DNA of 64,000 nucleotides from the human T2T-CHM13v2.0 reference genome, Homo sapiens. A model generated the notes under the pieces. That model made no database searches. It was not told the origin of the DNA and saw only the letters and a list, made by a program, of their open reading frames with translations. The position numbers and the translations under genes were made by a program. Shown here one piece after another: positions 14,539-31,786 of this stretch (the first letter of the stretch is position 1; every line of letters begins with the position of its first letter). The stretch lies in the NCBI RefSeq assembly GCF_009914755.1, contig NC_060933.1; one strand, written 5' to 3'.

Positions 14539-15264
14539 TTTCTCCTTATGTGCCAATTGGTCTTCAGTTGCTCAGTTCTAGTTAAATCAAAAGACCAGGG
14601 TGGCTGGTGTGGTTTCCTCTGCTGTTGAGAACATTAGTCTGTTTTCCATCAGTCTCACCACTGAATGGGAATTCTTGCTGGATGCTCTGGGCAGGGCAGG
14701 GCATGACAGGGCAAATAGACTGGTGGGCTTTCTTTGGGTAAGCAGAAAAGGAACTGGCATTGACACTGGGCTCTCCAAGAGTCAAAATGAGAAAGACATG
14801 GTACACAGACTCCCAGACTAGAATACATATTATTTTCCAATTATGTTTTAGCATAATTTCTTTAAAACAGAGCCCTCTGTTCTTTGGTGGGAGTAGCATC
14901 CTATCCAATTTTATTATTGCCATTGAAAAGAAATATAATTTTAAATAAGTAGTTATCATTGCTATTCTAATTTGTAGGTAACACAGTATAATAGAATTAG
15001 CTATCTAATTTACAAGTTACTGAATAATATGATTTTTAAAAGGAAACATATCAAAAGATGTGAAAGAAAAGAAAGAAAATTTTAAAATAAAGCAACATAA
15101 ACAGAAAACATAAAATAAGACTGAATAAATAGATAACATATATGAGTTATCATAATAATTATAAATGGGTTAAATTCATCTAACATGATTCAAAACAATT
15201 TTAGAATTATCCATCTTGGGTTCAAAACCAAAGTTTGTCGACAAGTATTTTACTTAAATTTACT

Positions 15265-15530
15265 ATACTATCTGTTAGGCTACTGTCTCCCAGCTTCAAG
15301 CCCATCCTTCTACCTTCAGTATATGAGGCTGGGGCAGGAGCTCTGCAAACACATTTATGCTCTATCAATAGAAGGCACTAAAGGGATGACTGAAGCCTGG
15401 AGTAGAAAGAAAAAAATGTTTTACTTTTTCATTCTGAGAGTGTAATTTGTTCCACCATAAGCAGTTTGTTCCTGAATGTTCTCCCAACATTCCCCAAACC
15501 AGTCTCACTCCCCTGTAAAACACAGACACA

Positions 15531-15571
<41 letters not shown>

Positions 15572-15860
15572 TGAAATGCCAGCATTTGTTCTTTTGTTTT
15601 CTGCATCAGGTCCCTAAAATGGCATTTAAAAGATAAGCTGGGCAGACACCTCTCCTCAGAGGTCTAGGCCCCAGACTCAAGGGGTCCCCTCCTCTGAGAT
15701 TTTAAGTTTTAAGAAGTGCAGCTTCTTTCCTTTGTTTTCCAGGTTCTATGGGTGGTAGCTGCTTCCAGCACTTGTTACTTCCATGATACTTAGAGTTCTC
15801 TTTGTTTCCTTTCAATTACCTGATAAACTTTATTCCTACTTAACAAGACAGTGCTGTCTT
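15265..15860. mobile_element. ERVL LTR (LTR33-like) containing (CA)n at 15520-15569
   Basis: GGGTGGTAGCTGCTTCCAGC and CTCTGCAAACACATTT motifs typical of LTR33 family. Confidence 0.55.
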
Positions 15861-16309
15861 ATCTTCTAAATGTCATTGTAGGGACCTGATGCAGAAAACC
15901 AAAGAACAAAGACTCAAGTAACTTCCAGCTTCCTATGTGTAGAAGTGAAAGAGGTGAATAAGTAGACTAATCCAGAGATATGAATTTGCAGGCTGGGAGC
16001 AGGGATTGATCCCAGAAGTTTAACATGATAGAGAGTATTGATATGATACATTATGTGGCTTGAACAGGATAGAAAAGAAGTAAATCAAAGCCAAGAATCA
16101 GCTGACAGACTGGAGAAAACTTCAGGAGTTTAGGGTGATGAGGTTTGCTGAATATTAAATTCTGGCATGGTGAAGTAAGTAAGAGGAAGAACAGATAGAA
16201 AGGTGTTTGCAGCCTATGGACAGTTCAGTGTTGAAGCGGTCCAGGAAATGACAGGATCAAAGCTGTGGAATTAGAGTTGAGATGGAGGCGAAGGCCAGTA
16301 AAGACAAGG

Positions 16310-16782
16310 AGATTGTTCTACTTAAAAATTTAGCGGCTTAAAATGACAGTGATATTTTGCAATTTTGTGAGTGAAGAATTCAAGGATTAAACTGGGCAAT
16401 TCCTCTGGTCTATGTGTCAGTCACTTGTTTATATTCAATTAGTGGCTAGTCTGGCTTAGGGAGCTCAAGACTGCTTCTCTCACACACCTGGTGCCTTGTT
16501 TGAGACAACTAGGCTCAGCTGAGCTCCTTTTCCATGCCATATATTATCAGAATCTCCATGTATACACTCTTGTAAACTAGTCAGACATGGTAGCTCAGCA
16601 CTTGCAGAGACCAAAACAAAAGCTTTAAAGACTAAACCTATAATTGCATAACGTCATTTCCTCCATACTTGATTAGTCAAAACAGTTATGGGACAGTCCA
16701 GATTCAAGGAGAGGAGAAAAGGATCCCACTCTTATATGGAAAGGATGTCAAAGAATTTGTAGTCAACTTTAACCTGCCACAG
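16310..16782 (-). mobile_element. MLT1-type MaLR LTR (old)
   Basis: AATTTAGCGGCTTAAAA...CCAGATTCAAGGAGAGGAG...CCTGCCACA. Confidence 0.6.
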
Positions 16783-16993
16783 AATTCCTACTAAGATAGG
16801 AGTTAGCTCATCTAGATAAAAGATAACATGAGTTGGACTTATGAGGGAGACAAAGGAAATGTTCCCAATAAATGTAGGAGAGTAGCCCAAAGGTGAGTGA
16901 CAGCTACGAGATGGGGCAGAGAACAGTGTACTGGGATGATATTGCCTCTGTAGTTAGCTAACACAGTTACTTTCACCTGTGAGAGAGGGTGGG

Positions 16994-17725
16994 TGTTATG
17001 GGCTGAATTTTGTCCTCCCAAATTCCTATGTTGAAATCATAACCCCTGATACTTTTGAATGGGACTATATTTGAAAATAGGGTCTTTAAAGAGGTAATTA
17101 AATTAAAATAATGTCACTGGGATGGCCCTAATCTTTACAAGAAGAGGACCTTAGTACCCATACACACACAGGAAGAAGACCATGTGTCTTAGTTCAATTG
17201 GTGTTGCTATAACAGAATACCACCAACTGGGTAATTTATAAAGAACGGAAATTTATTTTGTCACAGTTCTGGAGGCTGGGAAGTCCAAGGTCACAGTGCT
17301 AGCAGGTTTGGTGTCTGGAGAGGGTCCAGTCTCTGCTTTCAAGGTGGCACCTTGAACACTACATCCTCCAGAAGGGAGGAACATTTGTCCTCATGTGGCT
17401 GAAGGCAGAAGAGCAAGCAAGCTTAGCCCTGCTTGAAGCCTCTTTTATGAGGGCCATTAAGCTGAATCACAAGGGAGGAGACTTCATGGACTAATCACTT
17501 CTTAAAGGCCCCATCTCTCAATACTTTCACTTTGGAATTCACACCTGAATTTTGAAGGGTTACATTTAAATCATAGTATTATGAGAAGACATAGAGAAAA
17601 GATGCCATCTACATGACAAGGAGAAAGGCCTCAGAAAAAAAAAACCAATCCTGCCAACATCTTGATCTCAGACTTCTGGCCTCCAGAACAGTGACAAAAT
17701 CAATTTCTGCCTAGCAAACTAATGT
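16994..17725 (+). mobile_element. MLT1A/B LTR split by MST LTR
   Basis: TGTTATGGGCTGAATTTTGTCC start; ATCTTGATCTCAGACTTCTGGCCTCCAGAAC 3' part. Confidence 0.8.
17185..17578 (-). mobile_element. MST solo LTR nested in MLT1
   Basis: TGTCTTAGTTC..GCTATAACAGAATACCAC..CAGTTCTGGAGGCTGGGAAGTCCAAG. Confidence 0.85.
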
Positions 17726-17749
17726 GATAGGTGATTTTTGTGGGGTGGG

Positions 17750-19130
17750 GAGAGTGTCCACAGCACAAGAGGTTGCAGTGGCAATGGGAGATTGGTTACG
17801 TATGGTGGAATTGACCAAGCAAATGTATTCAAGACACTGAAAGCCAAGTTTCCCGCTGTCAGAGAAGGAAATTAATACACAGAAAAAGAAAATTAGAATG
17901 AACCTTCCAGTTTTGCATTGGAAATTGAGATATTAGGACAAATCTATGATTTTCAATATATAAGTAGGTTGATAGATAGATACATACATACACAGAGTAG
18001 GATACAGGCATGTAAATGCTTATATACAAATATTCCTTAGCTCTCTCTTCACTGAAAGAGTCTGGAAGGGGCAATACCTTAAAAGCGATGAGCACATCTA
18101 GAAGCCAGATCTTGGTATTTAAATACCATTCTCTACTAAAAGAAGACTTGGCTTCTTTGAGAGATGGCCGATTCTAGTACTAGGGCAGGGAAAGAATAAG
18201 AAGAGCCTGGAATGTCTTGTGCCATCAGGAAAGAATAAAGCAATCACAGCACACTGAAAGCTTAACAAAAGGCCACAGAAGCCAGCTTGAAGGGGCTCCC
18301 ATTGATCAAATCTAAAACAATTTGGTTGTCAAAATACATGCTGAAAATAACAGATTATACCCCATTGAGTAAAAGAGGAAAGCACAAGTCCATAGTGATA
18401 GAAATAAATAAGTAAATAAATTAAAAATTGAGGACATTTCCATAGTTCCAAAGTAGATTCCCCCAAAATACTTATTAATTACAAAATAAAAAAGAGTACC
18501 TTGATAGTGAAGGAGGCTGGCAGACACCAGCTTAATCAAGAGATCAAAGTGAACATTGTAAGGAATGGGGCAAATCAAGATCAGGTGCTACCTGCTAGTG
18601 TATTATGAGGACATGACATAATTTCTGTGGGATTCTTGCCCAAAATGCAGAACCTGAATCAGATTACAAAAAAAAAAAAAAAAATTCAGGCAAATCCAAA
18701 CTGAAGGACATTCTGTAAAATAACTTGTGTGTAATCTTCAGAAGTGTCAAGGTCATGAAAATCAAAGAAATACAAGGAAAAGGGAGTTGTTCCAGATTAA
18801 CCAAGACTACGAGTCACGTGACACATGCCCTGGCCTGGATCCTTTTGCTATAAGAGACATTATTTGCACAACTGATGAAATGTGAATGGGTCTGTGGATT
18901 ACAAGCTTGTAGGAAATCAATATTAATTTCCTGCTTCTGATGGATGTATTGTGATTATGCAGGAGAATGTCCTTGTTTGTAGGAAATACACACTGAAGGA
19001 TTCAGGTGTCCTGGGGGCATCAAATGAGCAAAACACGCTCAGATGGTTTAGGAAAATAAAATAGTGTATTTGCATTGCATTTACAACTTCTTTAATGTCT
19101 GAGATTTTTTTACTTAATGAAATTAATAAC
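17750..19130 (+). mobile_element. L1MC/MD-type 3' end
   Basis: Long 3'UTR motifs e.g. GTGATTATGCAGGAGAATGTCCTTGTTTGTAGGAAATACACACTGAAG. Confidence 0.75.
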
Positions 19131-19489
19131 ATTGATATTCTTTACCCAGAATAATAAATGGTATCTATTTTTAGTATCAGTCAAAGTCAAGTCAGGGGAC
19201 AGAAACTAACATCTACTTAAATAGAGATAATCGAATACAAACAACTGGCAAATAAGTAAAAAGTTATTAACTAGGTAACTGAAATGGCAATAAAAGAACT
19301 CTGAGGTACCACAAATGTTGCATTTGCAAAATGCAGCTACCATTCCTAGGGCTAGGGAAATAAAAGAAAAAGTTTGGAATTATTAAAACTTAGAAACCTT
19401 GAGGTTGATCCCCATGGGCCTAGGCCCCAGACCTCTGAGGAATCTGAGCTCAAAAGGGAGAGTCAGGGACATTGCCATATAGATGATAA

Positions 19490-19960
19490 GCATGTCAATT
19501 CTCTATATCTGTGTAAAAAAGTCCAACAAAACTTAGGCTCTTAGAAATTTATTTTTATTATACTCATTGATTCTGTGGGCACTTTAGAAAGAACACGATA
19601 AGGTGGCTCTGTCAATCATTTTGGGGGCCTCAATTGGAAGGACCAGAAAGCTGGGGGTGACTTCGTGGGTAGGGTCAGGAATCTCAAGCACATGTGGTTT
19701 CTCCATGTGGCTTGGGCTTCCTCACAACATGGCAGCCTTGGATTTCTTACATGTCAGTCAGAGCTTCAAGAGAACCTGGAGGTGGAGGCTGTATCACCTT
19801 TCATGACCTAACCTCAGAACTCACATGGATTCTCTTGCCTGCCTGGATTTGAGCACAGGAAATACAGGTACTGCTCAGCATTTAGGGAACGGCAAGGTCA
19901 CCTTGCAGAAGAGCAGGTGTGATGAGGATGTAGCTGTCTTTGGAAAATATAGCCTGCACA
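19490..19960 (-). mobile_element. MLT1-type MaLR LTR (old)
   Basis: CTCCATGTGGCTTGGGCTTCCTCACAACATGGCAGC; CATGACCTAACCTCAGAACTCACA. Confidence 0.6.
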
Positions 19961-21399
19961 TAGGTAAACTTACAGGTGTCATCATGGAAAAAGCAGTCTG
20001 CAAATCTCAGACTGCTATGACAGGAGGTTAAAACCGAAGCACTAAGACATAATAGAAACAAAATTACAAATTCAGATCTTCAAAAGAGATGGCTCAGAGC
20101 CAGTTTGACAAGTCTTGAGCCCCTCTACCTCAGCAAGGGAGGAGCGCTGGAGAAAAGAAGATTTTAGGGGAAGGGTTTTGAAGAGAGCTTGGGGAAGAAG
20201 TGGGCCCTGTCTCTTTCACTCCTGTCTCCTGAGGGGCTTCAGCCAGGGGAAGCATGAGCATGAGAGTCTTGGGGAACACCCTGGAGGGGAGTCTGATTCC
20301 TACCCAGGGAAGCCTGGATGACAGGAGAGAGCAGTGTTGAAGCAGTAGCAGAGTTGGGGGAAAGGCAATCTCCTGCCACGCTTGGGAGGAAATGCCCCAC
20401 ATTCAACCAGGAGAGGGGATGCTGGGTCCTGGGGGCATGATTCTCAAGACCTGGAGCAGAATTCAAAGTTAAAGTAGTGGTTGGGCACTTTGTCAGTTCT
20501 GCCTAGAAGAACCTACCGGAATAGGTCATGGGCCCTAAAAATTCCAGGCTACGAGAGGGGAACAGCAGGAGAACGAGGCCTGGGTGCGTGGTGGCCTCCA
20601 AGGGACTCCAAGCAGGGGCCTCTGAGCCCCCCTCCCAGAAGTTTCCATGGAGTTCACTCACAGAAGAAAGGACCTAAGAGTTAAGTAACTCACCCAGGGT
20701 CGCAAGTAGTTAGTGGCAGCACTTTAAGCACCTGCCAGGCCTGGAGGATGCAAAGACAGATTAAGATCCCTCTATCTCAAGTATAACTCCCTGGTAGCCC
20801 CCTGCTCTGCCTGCCTGCAGGAGGCAGCCTTGGCCACTGGTGAAGCATGGGTTGTACAATAAAGAGAGGCCGATGGTGCCTTGTCCACTCCCATTGCTTC
20901 CCCTCAGTGTGCCCGGCTGCAGTGGGCAGAGGGTCTGATCCCATATCCAGGTCCTGGACTTTATTCTTGTCTCAGAAAGGACATCCCAATTGCCAAGCCA
21001 AGGCAAGAGTGGGTGGAAAGGTCACAGGGCCTGCCCATGTTCTCCGGGGCAGGGCAAGTTTGCCCCTATGAAATAAATCACAAAGCAGCAGTGGAACATA
21101 AAAGTCAAACTGGGACATTCTTGTGGAACAGGCTGGGCGCAGCCTCAGGGAATTCCATGTATGGGTCACAGGACAGGCCGCCCAGAGGTGCTAGAGGGCT
21201 GAAACAGCTGGCTAGATGAAACGAAAGAAAGAAAGAAGTAAGCAGAGAAGAAGTGACATCCACTAAGAGGAAGGTGCTCCCAGGGCCAGCCCCTCTCAGA
21301 CCCGAGCAAGTATCACAACCCTGTCTGGGAGGAGGAGGCAGAAGAAGGAGCCCAGAGAGGCTTGCAGGCCTTTGCAATTGTGCATCTTAGACCAGAGTT

Positions 21400-21575
21400 C
21401 CTCAGGCTCCCCATCCAGGTTCAGAGCCAACACGGTGGCAGCTGCTCAGGGCCGCCTGTTCAAACACAGATCACTGAGTCCCAAAATCATTAAGTCTGGG
21501 CTTGACCTGAAAATTTGCATGTCATCCCCAGATGAAGCTGAAGCAGTTGGACCAGGGACCAGAGTTTGAGAAGGA
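21400..21575. mobile_element. MER5-like hAT-Charlie MITE remnant
   Basis: CTGAAAATTTGCATG...CCCCAGATGA...GGACCAGAGTTTGAGAA. Confidence 0.55.
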
Positions 21576-24500
21576 ACACTGATTATGGTGTGGTGTAGCA
21601 GCAAGGGGCTCACCTCGTGCCTAGGAATCACACTAGTTTATTTTAAACACTGGCATGGACAGTGTTAAGTAGTGTACAGCTTTAGTAGAAATTGAAGATT
21701 AATGAAAATACTGCAGAAAACACACAAATAGATCATGTGCTATATAGGCAATCATCGGCCTGTAGGCCCTAAGCAAACACTGCTCCTCCTGGGGGCAGTG
21801 CCTGGGAGGGAAGTAACATGGCCCCAAGAAGTTCGACAGGCCTTTGATGCTATGCAGGACAGCACAAAGCTCGCCAGTTTCCTCCATCTAGGTAGAGAGC
21901 CAAGACGGGAGTGGCTGAAGTAATGACTACCTGCTGAAATGAGAATTCTTTCATTTGGTAAATCAATAATTACAAGCACACTGGGGAAATTAAGCAAAGA
22001 AAATTACATCACTCTAGTGTTGCACTAGAATCATACATGCCTACAAATAACAAATCGGGAATTCCCCCAGCAGTTATAAATAAACCACACACATTGCACA
22101 CTTGCAAAGGGATGTGAGTAAGCAGAGTGTTTGCTCCTCATCAATGATAACACACATGTGAGCTGGTTGTAAATATGAAGGTTGTAGCAGCTACAGGAAT
22201 CATTGCTTTAAATTTTCTGTAGTGTGCGTATGTGTTTGTGTGCATGTGTGTGAACGTATGTGTGAACGTGTGTGTGTGTTTTCCTGTATGTGTGTGCATC
22301 AGGCATTTCCCAGAGAGAAAGCACTATCTTTCTCTCCAGGGAAAAAAAAATCATTGAATGGAAAGAAATGGCAACAAACCACTTGGAAATCTAAACATCC
22401 ACCTTAAGGATCAGTTCAGAGAGCTGAACAGAAACGCTCCAGCCCACAGACCCCATCAGTCCACGTGTCCACTTCCTTCCTTCGTGGTTACTCTGGTCCT
22501 TCATTACTTTCTGCTGTGTAAACTCTAGCCCTTCAGACTCACTCACCTATAGCCACGAGCCTTAGCAATAAATTGGGTGGGGTGGGGGGGTCTCTTTCAT
22601 TTTAGGGACATTTCAGGTACAAGGGAATATAATTATTACATACTCATGCCAAAATTTGTATATTTTTAAGCCATCTGCATCTTAATTTCTAAAGTTAATA
22701 TCCTAATTTTATAGGAAAGAAAAAGAGGCAAAGTTGGAGAGGTGAGTGTTGTCCAGAAGTTGACCCAGTGGAGGCTGGGGGACTGTGGTGGACTCCTGGG
22801 CTCCAGACGCCAGATGCACACTGGTCCTGCTGCCTGTGCTGCCCATCTCAGGCAGACTCACCTCTTCTTCCTCCATGCTGGTGCACCGGATCTGCCCCTC
22901 AACACCACCTTCAAGGCCATCACTGATGGCATGAAGGTTTGCTTAGCATTTCTCCAGCCACATCTCCATAAGCTTCTAAAGTGTTTGTGCACGTGTACAC
23001 TCATGTGAAAGCACATTGAGTCCTGAGAGTGGGACTTACATACATGGCACTTTCCAGAGTGGAGGGACACAGAGGGCTAAAGGCCTGGGGAGGAGAGGTA
23101 GGCCTCAGCATGCTCAGCCCAGGGCCATTTGCCTGGAGCGTTCACCCTATCCAATGCTATCTCCCCTCTTCACCTGCCATCACCTGCCATCTGATGGACT
23201 CTAACCGCCATGCCGGCAGAGCCAGGTCAAGGGATGGGCCAGCCAGGGATGTGGACAGGACCCTGATCTAACCCAGACATAAACACCACTCTGGGAAGCG
23301 AGGCACCTCCAGAAGAGTAAGGGGTGGAAGAGATGGCATTGGCCAGAACTTTCCCCAGATATGTGGCTTAAGAGGAAAACACTGGGAAGCCATCCGGGCA
23401 GCAAAGAAGACCCCAAAGAACAGAGCTTGAGGAACGAAGAGAAATGAACTCCTTTGAAAGACATTTCTTCTGAGCTGGGGCCAGAAATGAACTGCTCAGG
23501 GAAATAGAGATGGGTGAGGCAGAGGTGCCATCCGGGACCTCTTTTCTCATGCTCCAAGGAGTACTCTGCCTCTCCGGATCCACATCAAGTGTTACTCAAA
23601 GACTCCCAGCTGGAAAGGTACCATGTTTGTTCTGGCCTTGCCTTCCACAAGTTTTAGGCTGGTACCAAATGAAAGCCTACGGCTTCCTCCCTAATGGCGG
23701 AAGATGGCGCACCTGCTGGCCTTGTCTGCATCAGCAGAGGGCACCGACTCTCCTTCTAAGAGGCACTCACGGAGTCTTGACTCTGCCAATCCAGGCTCAC
23801 TTTCCATTTTACGCCTGCAGGTTTACCTGATTATTAACTGCACCCTCACTCTGCCTCCCCCACCACCATGCGAGTATTAGCATCACCTCCCAAAGACCCC
23901 TCTCTGGATATTCTCAACAAAATTCATCAACCAGTTATATTAAATGTCCTCCCTTGGCAAGTTTTCTTTTCCTCCTTTTGTGTCCCCCTGCCTCAAGCAT
24001 TTCTCGGGTGAACTGAAGTCACAGTATTCCTCTTAGACCCTGTCACCCTCTCCCTTTCCCCACACAGTTTCACCGGCATAAAAACGCCATGTCCTCTGGG
24101 AACACAGGCTGCTTGGAGGGTGATGGAGTCACATTTACCAAATGCTAGTCCCCAGGAGAAACACATAGGGATCCCAAGATGACCAGGCAGCAAATTTCAG
24201 CAGCTTGCACCGTTCACAGTCCTGGACTTTTTTTTTTTTTTTTTTTTTTCCAATTTCTGCCTTATCCTCAGAATCTGGCTACTTTCATTTTTGGAGCCTC
24301 TTCAGCTTACAAAATCAGCCAGGATCGTTGTTGTAGAGTCCTTGAGGGAGAGACAGCCTGAGTGTTCTGAAAGGTAGGTGCCTTGAGCTGCTATGTATGA
24401 GCCAGCTGCTGCATGGAGCCATCTTCTGAAGGCTCAAATGTTGGCACTTCAGTACTGAAAGAGGTTCAAGGAGGAGCAAAGAGAAAAGAGTTCATTCTTG

Positions 24501-24684
24501 CTGTGGCTAAGGAGTGTGCAATTTTCTGGACCCAAATCAGCCCAACAAAAGTAGGGAAAAAAGGCATCTTTGGAATCTGCCACAACTTCCCTTTTTGTCC
24601 TTTAACTCCTATTATTCTTATGAAGTGAAGATGGGTTCTCACAAAGCTCATGATGAAGGAAGAAAAAGGAAACAACGTTGAGCA

Positions 24685-24880
24685 TCTGTTTCACTGCAGC
24701 GTATGCTTAAGGCATATTTTGACTTATAATTCTCAAAACAGTACCTTCTGTGATAGAGGTATTATGAAAACCATTTTACAAATGAGGAATCCAGAGCTCA
24801 AAGAGATTAAGTAACTTATTTAAGATATACAACTAGTATTATGTAGAGACAGGGTTTGAAAGCAGGTCAATCTGGCTTCA
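24685..24880 (-). mobile_element. MIR
   Basis: CCATTTTACAAATGAGGAATCCAGAGCTCAAAGAGATTAAGTAACTT. Confidence 0.8.
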
Positions 24881-25977
24881 GCAGCATATTGGTACTAGAG
24901 TTCTAATTAATTCAGCCAGGAAATAGTTAAGTGCCAACCTTGAACCCAGAACTGTGACAAGCACTATAGGGCTAGAGAAGACATCTCATGTATTTCCACA
25001 TGAGGCTTAAGATTTAGTTAAAGAGATAAGAATAATAAACATGAATGAATCAGCAAGAATTACAAGTTGGTATATAATTATGGTATATAATTATGTCCTA
25101 AATTACATGACACATAGTAAAAGACTATAAGAGTTAAAGAGAGAGGAACATCAGTGAAAAGTGGTATAGTCTTGGGCTCAAGGTGGCAGTCTAAATGAGA
25201 TAACATTTTATCAATAAAACCAAAAGGGGAGAGTTTTTGGTTCCAGGCAAGGGGGAATAAGCACATTCCGCCCTATCCCTCCTACTAATTATAACTGAAG
25301 ACCCAGATGAAATGCATAAAGCAACTATTAGAAGTCCCTGAAAAATGGAGAAAAGAGACTGATTGGGGACTTCAGGACTCCGCATAGAACCTGGTGGTAG
25401 CTCTTTGGAGATTTCTGGCTTCCTATATATCTTGCCCTGGTTCCTACATCTGCCTGCAACCCAGAATCACCAATAGGCACAGTCAAATAGGAAAAGAAAA
25501 CCCAAGGAAACCCCACTATCTCTAGCCAAGACTGGAAAGAGAACAGCCCCACAGGATGAAACCACACAGACTATGCCTGCCTTACTCAAGGCAAAACCGT
25601 GAAAGAAGTTGTGTCCTTCCCCACCTAGATCTGTGGAGACTCTGGGTTGCCAACCGTCCCCCCGCCCCAGCCCCTGCACAAACACAAGCAATAGTAGCCT
25701 CCCTCCTCTTCACCACTAGGTGCAGTAGAGACAGTGGAAGAGAGTTCTGTTGACCATTCCCACCCTACACTGAGTGAACATCAGCAAAGGCAGGTTGTGT
25801 CCCCCTATACACACTTGAGGCATCAGCCACAAAGACAGTGAAGCAGAGCTGTGCGGACCACCCCCTTCCTACCCAAGGGAGCACCCCAAGGCAGTGCCTC
25901 TCAACCCCTCCCACCAGACACAGTGGCCACAAAGACTGTTAGGGGGAACACTGTCCATTATCCCTGCCCTGCAGTAG

Positions 25978-26391
<414 letters not shown>

Positions 26392-26731
26392 AAGAAAGGT
26401 ATCTTTTAGTCTGGGTATAAAGCTCTGGGAATACCCCCAAAGTAGACTGTGTGTGAAATGACTCTGAGAACTGAACTGTGGTGTGGAATGCTGCCCAGGT
26501 TCCAGATTAACTCTGGGTCATCCACAACACTGCTGTGAACACTTGAAACTATTGACATTTGAGCCACAGTTCACAGAATTGAGCCAGGATATGCATTCTA
26601 AAGTTAAATGGGTTGACTACCTGGTAAAATGGAAAACTTAAATAGGAACCACAGTTGCATGGCATAATATTCAAAATATCCAGGATACAACCCAAATGTA
26701 CCCGTCATATCAAAAACCTCAACTTGAATAA

Positions 26732-27116
<385 letters not shown>

Positions 27117-27720
27117 TGACAAGTATTTTAAAGTAGTGATTATAAAAATGCTCCAACTAGGAATTTCACCTTTCAAGCAAATGGAAAAATAGAAAATCTC
27201 AGCAAATACAAGATATAAGGAAGAACCAAATGGAAATTGTAAAACTGAAAACAAAATAACCAAAATTTTCAAACTCACTGGATGGGCTCATTAGTAAAAT
27301 GAAGATGACAGACGGAAGAATTAGTAAAGTAGAAAAGATATACAGAAGTGAACCAACCTGAACAAAAGAGAGAAAATAGATTGAAAACCTGAACCGAGCC
27401 TCAGAGAGTTGTGCAGCAATAACAAAAGATCTAACATTCATGTTGTAGGAGTCTCAGAAGAAGAGAAAGAATGTGACAGTGAAAACATATTTGAAAAAGT
27501 AGTGCCTGAGGAAACTTCCAAAACTTGGTTACAAGTTATACTTAACCTACAAATTCGAGAAGTTTAGAGAGTTCCAACTAGAATAAATCCAAAGAAATCC
27601 ACATCCAAATACTTAATAATAAATTTTTGAAAACATAAGACAAAGAAACAATTTTTAAAGCAACCAGAGATAAATAAAACATTATTTTCAAGAGAACATG
27701 ATTCAAGTGTGTCTGGATTT

Positions 27721-29828
<2,108 letters not shown>

Positions 29829-30156
29829 GACAAAAATCGTGTTATTTGAAGGCAATTAAAAGAGAAAACTATTTTTAAAAACCGAAATGAGTCTAGATTG
29901 ATGACGAGAATTCATGAACATGAAAAAAAAGTGGCACAATATATTTCAAGTACTGAAAAAAAAGAATAGTTTTTTTCCTAATAGATTTTTTTCTATAAGA
30001 TTCTAATAACTTATATCCAGCAAAATATCCTTCAGGAATGAAAGTGAAATAAAGATAGTCTCAGATGAAAGAAAACTTTTTAAAATATTCAGCCAACAGA
30101 CTTGCTATAAAACAATAATTGCTAAAGACAGTTCTACAGAGAGAAAATAAATAATA

Positions 30157-30463
30157 GTCCGGGTGCAGTGGTTCATGCCTATAATCCCAGCACTTTGGGA
30201 GACCAAGGCAAGAGTATCACCTGAGGTCAGGAGTTCGAGACCAGCCTGACCAACATGGAGAAACCCCGTCTCTACTAAAAATACAAAATTAGCTGGGCAT
30301 GGTGGCGCATGCCTGTAATCCCAGCCACTCAGGAGGCTGAAGCAGAAGAATCGCTTGAACCTGGGAGGCAGAGGTTGCAGTGAGCTGAGATCTGCCATTG
30401 CACTCCAGCCTGAGCAACAGGAGTGAAACTCTGTCTCAAAAAATAAATAAATAAATAATAAAA
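30157..30463 (+). mobile_element. Alu (AluSp-like)
   Basis: CCTGACCAACATGGAGAAACCCC diagnostic. Confidence 0.93.
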
Positions 30464-31786
30464 GAAAACTTGGAAAATCAGAAATAAAAAACAATGAAAA
30501 GGTAAGCATTTTGTTTTAAAAAAATAGATTGTTTTTATTCTCTTAAAATTTCAAACACATGTTTGAAGGTAGAAAGCAAAAAATATAATACTGTCTGATA
30601 TGGGACTTAATGTATATAGAGGTAATATTTAGACATGTCATAAGAAGGGAGGTGGATAAAGGGACCCAAATGGTGGTAAGGTTCTACATTTCAACAGCTA
30701 TTCAACAGCCTATACAGGATAAAAGTAAAAGGGTAGAAAATATACAACTTGCAAATACTGATAGAAAGAAAGCAGGAGTGTCTGTATTAATGTCTGACCA
30801 AGTAGCCTTCAGACCAATAAAAGTTACCAAGGATAAAGAGGGGCATTACATAATGATAAAAGGGTTACTTCACCAAAAAAATATGACAATCTAAATGTGT
30901 CTGCACCAAACAACATGAAGCCAAAACTGAACGATCTGAAAAGAGAAATGGAAAAATCCTCAGTTGTTATCAGGGACTTCAGTGTCTCCTAATAGATACA
31001 AGATCTAGGCAGAAAAGAATCAAGGCTATCGAAGAACTGAATAACCATCAACCAATGAAATCCAATTAACATTTATAAAACACTTCACCCAACATAAGCA
31101 GGATACACACGATTTTCACATACCAATATTATAGATAACATCCTGATCCATAAAATAAAATTTAACTAACTTAAAAGCATCTAAACAATACAAAGTATGT
31201 TCTCTGAACATAATGGAATTGAGCTAGAAATGAGTAACATAAAGATAACAGGAAAATCTCTGAGCACTTGGAAATTAAATGACACATTTCTGAATAATCC
31301 ATGGTTCTGAGAGAAAGTTGCAAGGGAAATTGAAAAATACATTGAACTGAATGAAGATAAAATAACAACATAAAATAAAATCTGTAGGATACAGCTAAAG
31401 CAATGCCTAGAAGGAAGTTTATAATACTAAATGCTTATATTAGAAAAGAACAAAGTTCTCAATTAGCAATCTAAGCTTTCACCTCAAGAAACCAGAAAAA
31501 GATGAGCAAAATAAATCCTAAGCAAGTAGAAGAAAGTAAATAATGCAGATAGAACAGAAATGAATAAAATTGAAAACAAAAAAATAATGGAGAACATTGA
31601 GCTAAAAGCACCTATTCATGATAAACTCTCAGCAAACTAGGAATGGAAGGGAATTTCCTTAATATGATGAAGTGCACACATACACACACACATGAAACCT
31701 ACAGCTAACATAATACTTAATGGTAAAAGATTGAATACTCACCTCCTAAGATTAGGAATTAGGCAAGGTGTGCACTCCTGCCACTC

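Noticed and set aside
14156-14585. Opposite-strand ORFs sharing VACLGFMPF and IKGIKPRQAT
   Set aside because: Artefact of the DNA palindrome, not paralogous proteins
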